From a virus (Duplodnaviria > Heunggongvirae > Uroviricota > Caudoviricetes): a DNA stretch of 64,000 nt. The DNA is taken from positions 64,001 through 128,000 of IMG/VR virus record IMGVR_UViG_3300033067_001661; one strand, 5' to 3'. This document shows, in pieces, positions 30,366-39,394 of this stretch. Numbering within the stretch: the stretch's first letter is position 1; each line of letters starts with the position of its first letter. The translations under genes were made by a program, and so were the position numbers. The notes beneath the pieces were generated by a model that worked only from the letters and a program-made list of their open reading frames with translations, made no database searches and was not told where the DNA came from.

Positions 30366-30854
30366 CTATTCTAAAGTCCAGGGAATCCTGCGAAGTCTGT
30401 AAAAATACCTGATAACATCATAGACCGCGCCCTTACCTCCAGGAGAATGGGAAGAGTAAACAGAATGCTCAACAATCTCAGGCACGGCGTCAGAAGGACA
30501 TCCAGAAAAAGCCGCTTCGACAATACATTTATGATCGTTTTCCGCATCGCCAATATAAGCAACCTCGTCCCAACTCAGTCCGTTCTCAATTATGTACTCG
30601 CTTAGCTTCGCAAACTTGTTATCGCAACCCGATAAAATCGGATACTTTTTGCCTACTTTGGCATAAATTACCCTATCTCTTGAGCCAGTTATAAACACTA
30701 TCTGAAAACCATTCTTGGCAGCCTGATCTATTGCATACATATCTCTTGTAAAGAAATTCTTGTATACGTCACCCGCTTCGTTGATATAACAGTTTCCGTC
30801 AGTAAGCGTTCCGTCTACGTCTATGGCTATCATTTTTACAGCTTCAATGCTCAT
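30366..30854 (-). CDS. kdsC: KdsC/YrbI-family HAD phosphatase (KDO8P/nonulosonate-9-P phosphatase)
   Basis: DVDGTLTDG, ITG, YIGDAEND, GGKGAV. Confidence 0.85.
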   Translation of the reverse strand: MSIEAVKMIAIDVDGTLTDGNCYINEAGDVYKNFFTRDMYAIDQAAKNGFQIVFITGSRDRVIYAKVGKKYPILSGCDNKFAKLSEYIIENGLSWDEVAYIGDAENDHKCIVEAAFSGCPSDAVPEIVEHSVYSSHSPGGKGAVYDVIRYFYRLRRIPWTLE

Positions 30855-31705
30855 TCTTCAATCCTTAGTTTGGCTCTTTCGATCATTTCTTCTGCGGTTG
30901 GCTCTGGACCTGAAAACTCCATAGCCTTTGCAACATTTTTCAAATCTCGACACAGCTTCCGCAAACCCTCAGGCTCAAGGCTTGCAGCAGCGTCGGTATG
31001 GCGAAGAGTTCTATCGTCAACAAAATGTCTCTCTATAAACGTAGCACCAAGAACATACGCAGCTATATCAGCCGCTATACCGTAACCATGATTAGAAAAT
31101 CCGACCTCAAAATTGTACTCATTAGCAAGCTTCAGCAAACCTCTAATGTTCATTAAATATAGCTTTTCAAACGGACAAGGATAAAGACTCGTACAATGAT
31201 AGACAACAAAACGGCTCGGATAAGGCTTTATGTAATCAAAAATGCGAACCTTCTCATGATCGAAAGTCATACCTGTTGAGATATGAATGTCGCCTTTATA
31301 GTTGCTCAAAAGGTATTCAAGCATTTTGAAGTTTTGATTACATGCGCTTGGTATTTTGATAAACTCAGGATTTAACGAAACAATCTCTTTAGCAGAAGTC
31401 ATATCCCAAACAGAGGAAGAATACTTAATGCCAATCCCTTGACAATAAGACATAAGCTCTAAATGCTGGTCTATTGAAAACTCAAGAGCTTTACGATGCT
31501 CAAGATATGTAGGACCATAAGCAAATATCTGATTAGGATGAGGTTTGTGCTTAAGAGATTCTGGCACGCTTTCCTCGGGATTCCTCTTTTGAAACTTTAC
31601 ATAATCAGCGCCGCAAAGTTTGGCAAGACTTACCAAATCCTTAGCTCTTTGCATAGAACCAAGATGAACACATCCAACTTCTGCAACAACTTTAGCTTCA
31701 GTCAT
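30851..31705 (-). CDS. neuB: N-acetylneuraminate/nonulosonate synthase (no C-terminal SAF domain)
   Basis: VAEVGCVH, GADYVKFQKR, ISTGM, HCTSLYP, GFSNH, IERHF..D. Confidence 0.9.
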   Translation of the reverse strand: MTEAKVVAEVGCVHLGSMQRAKDLVSLAKLCGADYVKFQKRNPEESVPESLKHKPHPNQIFAYGPTYLEHRKALEFSIDQHLELMSYCQGIGIKYSSSVWDMTSAKEIVSLNPEFIKIPSACNQNFKMLEYLLSNYKGDIHISTGMTFDHEKVRIFDYIKPYPSRFVVYHCTSLYPCPFEKLYLMNIRGLLKLANEYNFEVGFSNHGYGIAADIAAYVLGATFIERHFVDDRTLRHTDAAASLEPEGLRKLCRDLKNVAKAMEFSGPEPTAEEMIERAKLRIEE

Positions 31706-32280
31706 AAATGCTTATCCTTCAAAAACTCATAAGCTTGAAAAATCCAAGTAACAAATTCTTCTTTACTCATAATATCTTTAGCTCTATTACATATCTTACA
31801 TGCTGTTACGCAGTTTTCAAATTTATATCCTAAACAATTATCTACTCTATCAATTCCATTATACAGAAAAGACCCATTACGACCCTCAACAATACATTCA
31901 TTAGATTTAATTGCGCCACAATAAAAACATGGCTTATTACACAAACCAATAAAATCTTCAAATGTCAAATCAAAATCCAAACCTTTTCTTTTTGCTCTTA
32001 ATTTATATTGCCAATAAATACACCGACTTGCAGCCAATCCCGGTTCAAGAGAATTCGCTTCTGAAACTCTTTTCCTTGCATAACATCCACAACTACGAGT
32101 CCCGGCCAAAAGAGAAGAATGCTGTATCCATCGTTCTTGTCCACAATCACAAAAACATTTCCACTTAGTCACATAACTTTTGCCAGAAGGGAATCTTGCA
32201 CTTTCATTAGAAACCAATAACTTTCCAAACCTACGACCAGAAAGGTCTTTACGTTTATTCTTTTTCATAATACTTTCCAT
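31702..32280 (-). CDS. HNH-type homing endonuclease
   Basis: DLSGRRFGKLLV, WKCFCDCG, SCGC, CFYCG, NGIDRVDN..GY..NCVTACKICNRAK. Confidence 0.85.
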   Translation of the reverse strand: MESIMKKNKRKDLSGRRFGKLLVSNESARFPSGKSYVTKWKCFCDCGQERWIQHSSLLAGTRSCGCYARKRVSEANSLEPGLAASRCIYWQYKLRAKRKGLDFDLTFEDFIGLCNKPCFYCGAIKSNECIVEGRNGSFLYNGIDRVDNCLGYKFENCVTACKICNRAKDIMSKEEFVTWIFQAYEFLKDKHL

Positions 32281-33029
32281 TACTTGAAAACGGTATTATG
32301 TACATATCGAATATCTGTTTCAAATTCCTCCATTATTTTCTTTATCAAAAAGAAATCAATTTCGTCATCAACTTGTATAGAGGAAAGCTTATCGTTAAAA
32401 TATAGAATTGGATCTTTATCAAACCTGCATTTTTCTCTTAAAAACATTGGAACTCTAAAACAATACAAACAACCGTCATCGTGATACGCCATTTCATTTA
32501 TAGTTAATTCTTGTCTCATCTTTCTATTTTTAGCATCAAATAAGACATCTGTATAACCATTTTGTTGTCGGAAAAAAAATGGAGTATGAGAACTTACTGT
32601 AAGTAAAGAATTCTTATCTGAATCATCTAAAATTTGAATACAATCATCTATTAGTGATATTTTTCTTATTGGAGATGTTGCCTGCAACATAACTAAATAA
32701 TTGAAATCAGCATAATATGGATAATTGTCAAATAGATGACTAATAGCTTGCTCAGTCTTGCTTGTCGCAGAGCAAAGTTCTGCCGGTCTTTCAATCGCCC
32801 TAAATACCTTCTCTGTATGTTCAGAAGCAAACTTGTTGAATGCTTCAAAAACCAATGGATCAATAGCTGAAACAACTATTTCATCTATGTACTTACTTTG
32901 TGTTGCAGCAAGTAATGTCCACTCTAAAAGAGAGTGTTGACCAATCTTTTTGAACATCTTTCCGGGAAGACCAATAGAAGCCGTCTTGCCAGGAATGAAC
33001 GCTATTACTTTTGATTTGTCGGGGAGCAT
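32280..33029 (-). CDS. neuA: acylneuraminate cytidylyltransferase (CMP-nonulosonate synthetase)
   Basis: IAFIPGKTASIGLPGK, ERPAEL, LQATSPIR, DGCLY, QVDDEIDF. Confidence 0.85.
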   Translation of the reverse strand: MLPDKSKVIAFIPGKTASIGLPGKMFKKIGQHSLLEWTLLAATQSKYIDEIVVSAIDPLVFEAFNKFASEHTEKVFRAIERPAELCSATSKTEQAISHLFDNYPYYADFNYLVMLQATSPIRKISLIDDCIQILDDSDKNSLLTVSSHTPFFFRQQNGYTDVLFDAKNRKMRQELTINEMAYHDDGCLYCFRVPMFLREKCRFDKDPILYFNDKLSSIQVDDEIDFFLIKKIMEEFETDIRYVHNTVFK

Positions 33030-33463
33030 ACTTCAATCAACATATTGGGAACAAATTCAGGTAAAGGGCTAAAGCAATCTTCCAAATACTCATATGCCTT
33101 ATTTAGTCTAATCGAAGGAGGCTCTTGTGATGTAATAATTTCCAACAACTTATGAATACAAGCTTCGGCTCTATTCTCACAAACTGAACTCTTAGGCTTT
33201 TCTTTTTCCTTTTCCTTTTTAGGACAAGCTTCGGTTAGACGCCTTCTTTGCTCTTCCCAAGCCTCCTTATTCAAGGCCTCAAACTCTTTCTTCTTATCAT
33301 GTAACCTTCTCGAAAACTCTTCTGCGTCTTCGAACATTTTAGCAAACTTATCAAACTGAAGTTTGATAATCTGATCTCTCAATTTCTTTTTTGATAACTT
33401 CTTAGAATTCTTTTTTCGACTAGAAGTTTTCCTTACTGACTTTTTGTTTTGCGTCTTCTTCAT
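33005..33463 (-). CDS. hypothetical basic protein
   Basis: 152 aa lysine-rich ORF overlapping neighbours. Confidence 0.5.
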   Translation of the reverse strand: MKKTQNKKSVRKTSSRKKNSKKLSKKKLRDQIIKLQFDKFAKMFEDAEEFSRRLHDKKKEFEALNKEAWEEQRRRLTEACPKKEKEKEKPKSSVCENRAEACIHKLLEIITSQEPPSIRLNKAYEYLEDCFSPLPEFVPNMLIEVCSPTNQK

Positions 33464-34215
33464 TTCTTTCTATCTCCATATGTTTTAAGAACTTCGGACA
33501 AGCTAATTCTTGGAAAAACCTCAACAATTCCACCCGAGGCATTGAGAATTCTTCCTTGCATCAGTCTTGGGTTCATTTCAGCAAAATGACTCCAATACAA
33601 GTCGTATGCAACACAGTGATTATCGACAGGTTTATCTCTGAGCAACCCTCGATTCGGTGTTGAAAATATGCGATTATTATACTCTATAGCCTTGGGCTGA
33701 TTAGGAAACTGCCAGTAATACCTATTTCTTCCTTCAAAACAACCGTCCATGCCAAGAAGAATAATAGGATCGCATCCCATAATATAAGCAATATGCATCG
33801 CCGAAGCAGCCGACGTTCTCGCCCCCATAATGGGCTTTTCTGGATCGTCCGTCATAATGACATTCTCTTTATGATAAATCAATCCATTTGGACCCGAAGA
33901 AGCCCATCCTACATGATCATAAAATAGAACTTCTTCTGGCCTAAAAATAGACTCATGACCTTGAAGCTTTTCTCTATAAAGAAGCTTCAAACACTTACTT
34001 TGCTTAGCCGTTACTTGCCAATAGTTCCAACTACAAACGCCATTATCATCGGTTACAAAATAATCGCAGTTAGGGAACTTCAACAAACCAGAGTTAGACG
34101 TAAAAACAACATAGTCCTTTAGACTATCCGTTTCAACATGCCGCAAAGAAGGGCCTGCGCCAACGATAAAACCAAGCTTACCTTTATGTTTGTCCTTAAA
34201 GTCCCTTAGATGCAT
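33460..34215 (-). CDS. Maf/DUF115 (MptE-like) putative nonulosonate transferase
   Basis: FKDKHKG..FIVGAGPSL, AYIMGCDPIILLGMD, ILNAS. Confidence 0.75.
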   Translation of the reverse strand: MHLRDFKDKHKGKLGFIVGAGPSLRHVETDSLKDYVVFTSNSGLLKFPNCDYFVTDDNGVCSWNYWQVTAKQSKCLKLLYREKLQGHESIFRPEEVLFYDHVGWASSGPNGLIYHKENVIMTDDPEKPIMGARTSAASAMHIAYIMGCDPIILLGMDGCFEGRNRYYWQFPNQPKAIEYNNRIFSTPNRGLLRDKPVDNHCVAYDLYWSHFAEMNPRLMQGRILNASGGIVEVFPRISLSEVLKTYGDRKK

Positions 34216-35196
34216 TCAAAACTCCTATTACTTCTTCTTCTCTTATAAGGCGGTTCTTCGCCATATTCAAATACTCTTGTTTGCCATCTATTCCAATGAA
34301 CTTCCGCCCATTTTGCAAGGCTATAACACCTGTCGTACCTGAACCACAGAAAATATCAAGAACCACGCTTTTGTCAACTTCATTTGTTTCGCAACTACAA
34401 GTTTTCAACCATCCGACAGTCTTTGTATCAGTTAGATGCCTTCCCGAATCCCTATTTGCAAAACCCTTCTTATCAACCTTATTGTGTATGCCAGGACGAG
34501 TTGAATAGCGAGTTTTCTGAACTTGCCTTTCATAAGGAGAGCCACACGCCCTGCAACAACCATGACCGCTAGTTGAAGCTAAAACACAAGGTTCAACCAA
34601 ACCTTGAGGAAAGACAGCAAAGTGAGCGCCCTTAAAAGACGCAACAGGAACGGTCCAAACGTCCCTTTTGATACGTCTCTTAAAAGAACCGTCCGCATTG
34701 CGTTCAACAGCATTCTCTTTTATAGACTCTTGATCATAATAATAGTTTTCAGACTTACCAAGAAGAAATAGATATTCATGCGAAGAAACTGGCCTATCCG
34801 TTACGCCTCCAGGAAGGGGATTTGGTTTGGCCCAAATTATGTCGCTTCTCAAAAACCAACCGTCTTTTCTTAAAGCAAAAGCGAGCATCCAAGGGATTCC
34901 CAAAAGGTCTCCCTTTTTATATCCTTCGCCGGAAGCTCTTGCGTAAGTATCGCCTATATTAAGCCATACAGTTCCGTCATTTCTAAGAACACGTTTAGCG
35001 GCAGAAAACACGCTAACAAGCTTAGCTATATACTCGTCAGGAGTCTTTTCAAGACCAATCTGATCTTGAAAATCATAATCTCGCAACTGATAATAAGCTA
35101 ATAGGGCGGAGAAGTCACAATAGCATGAACGCTATTGGGACTCATTCCGCCCAACACTCCTTCCGTATCACCGCATAATAATTCATAGTTTGCCAT
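34196..35196 (-). pseudogene. N4C/N6A DNA methyltransferase interrupted by a stop and frameshift at SPPY (pseudogene or recoded gene)
   Basis: ATG 35196 reads MANYELLCGD..VHAIVTSPPY then TAG at 35098-35100; another frame continues YYQLRDY..GTVWLNIGDTY..AHFAVFP..VLDIFCGSGTTG. Confidence 0.8.
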
Positions 35197-35206
35197 AAAG
35201 GAGTTA

Positions 35207-35211
35207 TCGAC
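35207..35211 (-). promoter_or_regulatory. GTCGA putative -10 element (leaderless)
   Basis: GGTCGATAACTCCTTT-ATG with no SD. Confidence 0.45.
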
Positions 35212-35254
35212 CATATGAAAGAAATAGTAAAATATACCGTTATACGGAGGATGT

Positions 35255-35992
35255 ATGAAGAACGAAACCTTAGCCTATCTGGCAGGAGCAATGGACTCTG
35301 ATGGTTGGTTTTCAATAAAAAAATCAGATTACAAAACAAGAGTCATCAAAGACTGTTATTATCCTACTTATCAAGCAAAAGTTGGACTAAAACAAGTAAC
35401 TCCTCAAATTCCAAATCTATTACATTCCATTTTTAGAGGTAGCCTGAGAAAAGAAAAAGGACAATCAGAAAACAGCAAAGAACTCTTTGTTTTTGAATGT
35501 AACAATCAGCAAGCTATTGCTTTCTGTAAAACCTTGTTTCCTTTTCTTGTTGTAAAGAAACAACAAGCCAAAATTATTTTAGAATTGGAAGAGACCAGAA
35601 ATCGCAAGTATCTAATGCACAGTTACTGGTTCAGTCAAAAATATCCAAACTGGAAAAATGACGAACTTCTTAGTAGCCAAGAAGTTTGTCATATTTTGGG
35701 GTACAAAAATCTAAGCTCAGTATCTCAAGCAGTAAAAAACGGCCTTTTACTTTCTGTGAAAGGAGCTTATCACTTAGCCAGTAAACCTCGTATACCTAAA
35801 AAACTTGTTGAAATAGTCTTAGAAGAGCAAAGAAAAGGGAAAGACGGGAGGGTTAGAACTTCTCCACAAGAAGTTGTAGAATGGAGGGAGAGATTATACA
35901 AACAAGTAAGAGAACTAAATAAAATAGGCATTCATGGTACGGAAGTTTATTTCCGTACAGGGTATCATACCAGAAAAGATGGGGCTATTTAA
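35255..35992 (+). CDS. single-motif LAGLIDADG homing endonuclease with HTH-like insertion
   Basis: LAYLAGAMDSDGWFSI, PFLVVKKQQA; LSSQEVCHILGY is HTH-like; GGAGG SD; antisense to the operon. Confidence 0.85.
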   Translation: MKNETLAYLAGAMDSDGWFSIKKSDYKTRVIKDCYYPTYQAKVGLKQVTPQIPNLLHSIFRGSLRKEKGQSENSKELFVFECNNQQAIAFCKTLFPFLVVKKQQAKIILELEETRNRKYLMHSYWFSQKYPNWKNDELLSSQEVCHILGYKNLSSVSQAVKNGLLLSVKGAYHLASKPRIPKKLVEIVLEEQRKGKDGRVRTSPQEVVEWRERLYKQVRELNKIGIHGTEVYFRTGYHTRKDGAI

Positions 35993-36013
35993 TTTCTTTG
36001 TCTTTGTTAATAT

Positions 36014-37978
36014 TTATCTTGCGCGGATCGTTCTTATTGTATTAGCAAGCCCTGATTCTTGAAGAAAACGGCTCTTCTTGGTTGGCTCAAAAGATATACC
36101 GCCATTCTTGAACCGTTGCATTCTTGTGTCAGCAAAAGAAACGATCAATCTCTGCTGCGCCCTTGTCATGCCAACATAACAAAGTCTTCGCTCTTCGTCA
36201 AGACCATCTCTCTCCATCAAGGCTCGCTTATGAGGAAGCTGCCCTTCCTCAAGTCCAGGCATGAATACGACAGGGAACTCAAGTCCCTTTGAAGCATGAA
36301 GAGACATTAGAGAAACAGTATTCTCTTCCGTGTCCTTATCAGAAGAACTTTGCAAAGCTATATTGTTCAAATACCCAGCAATATCATTGCCTCTCTTTTC
36401 CGTATACAGAGCACAAGCATTGATAAGTTCTTGAACGTTATCCTTCCTGTCGTCAAGTTCTTTTGTTTCATACTTAGACTCAAGATAGCGATAATAACCA
36501 AGTCGAACAACAATGTTGTCAAGAACGTCGCCTATTGACATGCCAGTTCTGTCAAACGAAAACGCTGCATGAATTTCTTCGCATCCCTGTATGACCCTTG
36601 CTTTATCATTACCAGAGGCAAACTCTCTAACCCGCTTCATGGCCTCCATAAGATTGATGCCTTGATCATTAGCAAAATTCTCAATCTTACCCAAAGATAC
36701 TTCTCCGATTCGGCGAGAAGGCTTATTGATGAAACGAGATAAAGCAGTTCCGTCAAGAGGATTGACGATAAACCGCAACATTGCAAGGCAGTCTCGGATC
36801 TCAGAACGGTCAAAGAAACTAAAGCCTCCAATAACTTGATAAGTTACGCCAACAGCCATAAGACCCTGCTCGATAGCTCTCGACATCGCATTGATTCTAT
36901 ACAGAACCGCAAAATCATGCGGCTTATAGCCTTCATTGTCAATCATATGCTTAATACGATGAGCAATCCATGCACCTTCCTGCTCTGGCGTTGGTAAGCA
37001 AATGCATTCAACAGGCTGGCCACTTTCGTTACCCGTCTTGAACTCAAGAGTTTGTTGACGATTCTTGTTGTGCTTTATAAGCGTTGAAGCAACCTTGACG
37101 ATCTCAGGCGTTGACCTGTAATTGTGAGGTAAGTTAACAACTTTAGCCTTGTTGATATTGATGAAGTCTTCTATGTTCTTGTAGCGAGCGCCACGCCAAG
37201 AGTAAATACCCTGGTCCGGGTCTCCAACTATAAGAACATTGTTGTGAGCGCCAATCAACTGAACGATTCTAAACTGCGCAAAGTTTGTATCTTGAGCTTC
37301 GTCAACCTGAACAAAATCAAAACGAGTTTGTAACTTACAGAGAACAGAACCGTCCTTCTCAAGGAGTCTAATCGTTTCAGACAACAAACCACTGAAATCT
37401 ATCTGGTTGTTCTTTCTCATACGAAGAACATACTCTCTGCAAACCTCGCCTTCGGCTTCGTGCTTGAAATGAGAAGGAAAATCGTCCTCAGAAATAAGGT
37501 TTTCTCGAAGTTCATTAGCCTTCCAAATAAGGCTCTTTATTTGCTGCGCATTCCATTCATGGCCCGCTTGTCTAGCGCACTGAGCCATTAAGCCTTCTTG
37601 ATCTTCGTCGTCAAGAATAGTGGTATTGAGTCCGTAACCAATATAAGACCCATACTTCCTGATAATTGTTGCGCAAAGAGCATGGAAAGTGCTTATGTAA
37701 ACCTCTTGGCCTTGCGTTTCGCCAAGCTGCTTACAAACTCTTTCTTTCATCTCATTCGCAGCTTTATTGGTGAATGTTATGCAAAGGATAGAGCGGGGGC
37801 TATAGCCCTTTTCTATAAGACGGATAACTCTTTCAACAATAACGCGAGTTTTACCAGAGCCAGGGCAGGCGCATACAAAACACGGTCCCATGACATGCTC
37901 AACAGCTTCTAGCTGTTCAGGGTTTAGGCTGATTTTTCTTCGAACACCCTCCGCAGGGACGCTTTGATTGCTGCTCAT
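36014..37978 (-). CDS. pcrA: UvrD/PcrA SF1 DNA helicase
   Basis: LNPEQ, ACPGSGKT, TFTNKAA, DEAQD, VGDPDQGIY, NYRST, HASKGLEF, EERRLCYVGMTRA. Confidence 0.95.
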   Translation of the reverse strand: MSSNQSVPAEGVRRKISLNPEQLEAVEHVMGPCFVCACPGSGKTRVIVERVIRLIEKGYSPRSILCITFTNKAANEMKERVCKQLGETQGQEVYISTFHALCATIIRKYGSYIGYGLNTTILDDEDQEGLMAQCARQAGHEWNAQQIKSLIWKANELRENLISEDDFPSHFKHEAEGEVCREYVLRMRKNNQIDFSGLLSETIRLLEKDGSVLCKLQTRFDFVQVDEAQDTNFAQFRIVQLIGAHNNVLIVGDPDQGIYSWRGARYKNIEDFININKAKVVNLPHNYRSTPEIVKVASTLIKHNKNRQQTLEFKTGNESGQPVECICLPTPEQEGAWIAHRIKHMIDNEGYKPHDFAVLYRINAMSRAIEQGLMAVGVTYQVIGGFSFFDRSEIRDCLAMLRFIVNPLDGTALSRFINKPSRRIGEVSLGKIENFANDQGINLMEAMKRVREFASGNDKARVIQGCEEIHAAFSFDRTGMSIGDVLDNIVVRLGYYRYLESKYETKELDDRKDNVQELINACALYTEKRGNDIAGYLNNIALQSSSDKDTEENTVSLMSLHASKGLEFPVVFMPGLEEGQLPHKRALMERDGLDEERRLCYVGMTRAQQRLIVSFADTRMQRFKNGGISFEPTKKSRFLQESGLANTIRTIRAR

Positions 37979-38321
37979 GAACGGACCTCATTACTTCTTG
38001 ATGACCTACAACCTTATTCGCAACGCTTGCGTTCATTTTGAAGAACTCTTCCAACTGTTTTGTATGCTCTCTAGCCTTCTCTATAAAAGCAATTGGACTA
38101 GTGTAACCTATATAAGTATGAAAAACCTTTCCGCTTTCAGAATATCTTGCCTGTATATGCGGAAGTTCGTCTACATTATAGGTATCGCATAATGCTTCAT
38201 TTTCAGCAGCATCAGCGTCAACATACTCATACGCAATATCATGGTACTGGAAAGCCTTGACTAGAGCTTGGCATCGCTCGCATTCTGGCGAACCAAAGAT
38301 TCGTATAGTAAATGAACTCAT
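37917..38321 (-). CDS. glutaredoxin/thioredoxin-like protein
   Basis: IFGSPECERC (CxxC), YNVDELP; C-terminal CGGC; start at ATG 38321. Confidence 0.7.
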   Translation of the reverse strand: MSSFTIRIFGSPECERCQALVKAFQYHDIAYEYVDADAAENEALCDTYNVDELPHIQARYSESGKVFHTYIGYTSPIAFIEKAREHTKQLEEFFKMNASVANKVVGHQEVMRSVHEQQSKRPCGGCSKKNQPKP

Positions 38322-38322
38322 G

Positions 38323-38673
38323 TTACCCTCTTTCGACGTTTTTCTTTGAAACCCCAAAGTATTCACGAAGGCCGTCGCTAAGGCCTTGATACTCTGCAAT
38401 AGCCGCAGGCTTTGGCAGGCTAGGTTCTTCGTCTATAACAAAATTGATATCTTTACCTGTCATATCTGAACAAAACTTGTGAAGTATTTCTGTGGTTGCC
38501 TTGCCTTTGATATTAAGACAAGAAAGAAGATCTATACTAGGCCAAACGTAAGTCTGCTCTACTCCTGAATCAGCAAACTTCAAAGTCCAGCTAATAAGAT
38601 CGGCATGCTCAAGATACTTGCCTTCAATAACTTTAGCCTTCCTTGGAGGAAGCATCTTCTTTGGCTTGCTCAC
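38323..38673 (-). CDS. hypothetical protein
   Basis: 116 aa ORF. Confidence 0.55.
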   Translation of the reverse strand: MSKPKKMLPPRKAKVIEGKYLEHADLISWTLKFADSGVEQTYVWPSIDLLSCLNIKGKATTEILHKFCSDMTGKDINFVIDEEPSLPKPAAIAEYQGLSDGLREYFGVSKKNVERG

Positions 38674-39394
38674 GTTTCTGCTCCTTGAACTTCTTCAACA
38701 TGCCCATCATTCTTTGAATGACTCGCTCCTTATCAATCTTAGAGCCGCCAACTCGTATTTCCGAAAGCTTATACAAATTCTCTTCGCCTAAAAGATGAAT
38801 AAGGATATGATCGTGATAGGTTCTATAAGAACCTCCGTCGTCGTCAGAAACCAAATCAGGCTTCACGCCCATTTTCATTTCTATCGACTTAAGTTCTAGC
38901 CACCAATTGTCCGTGTCTTTCTTTGTAACTTTTCTACCGTCAACAGTAGAAACAAGATTGCATTGCTCTCGAACGTCAGGATAAATGACTTTCAACCGCT
39001 CATATCTTGGCTTGAACTCTTCTTCTGGAATGATACCATAAACCCTACAGTTAAAAGGCCTTGTTTCATGTTGAGCGCACATATTCGTTTCTTTGTTCAA
39101 GAAAACGCAACCCTTATCTTCGTTTGGGTAAAGATACTTTCTCAAACATCTTTCTATCAATGATTCAAAATCGCCGTCAGAAAAAGAAGATGTTACATTC
39201 TTCCATGTATTCAGAAACTCTGAATACAAAACCTGCGGAGTCTGCATTCGGCAACACCAAGCGCCGCAACCGCCCTCTGATTCAGGCTTTCCTATATGTT
39301 CCATACAGCCTTTTGTATCTGGAATTTTACTGTATAGAACATTCAAGGAAACTCTAGCTTCCTTTTCTTTTTTAGGTGTAACCGAATACAGCAT
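38633..39394 (-). CDS. YkgJ/UPF0153-family cysteine cluster (Fe-S/Zn) protein
   Basis: CGAWCC, CVFL....CAQHETRPFNCRVY. Confidence 0.8.
   Translation of the reverse strand: MLYSVTPKKEKEARVSLNVLYSKIPDTKGCMEHIGKPESEGGCGAWCCRMQTPQVLYSEFLNTWKNVTSSFSDGDFESLIERCLRKYLYPNEDKGCVFLNKETNMCAQHETRPFNCRVYGIIPEEEFKPRYERLKVIYPDVREQCNLVSTVDGRKVTKKDTDNWWLELKSIEMKMGVKPDLVSDDDGGSYRTYHDHILIHLLGEENLYKLSEIRVGGSKIDKERVIQRMMGMLKKFKEQKREQAKEDASSKEG

Noticed and set aside
35098-35100. TAG reassignment (alternative genetic code) explaining the stop in the methylase
   Set aside because: A frameshift would still be needed, and TAG ends other genes at natural positions (30366, 41946, 51347).
35142-35339. 65 aa minus-strand ORF MFCNL...
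   Set aside because: Shadow of the HEG start. The real methylase N-terminus is in another frame (35196-35098).
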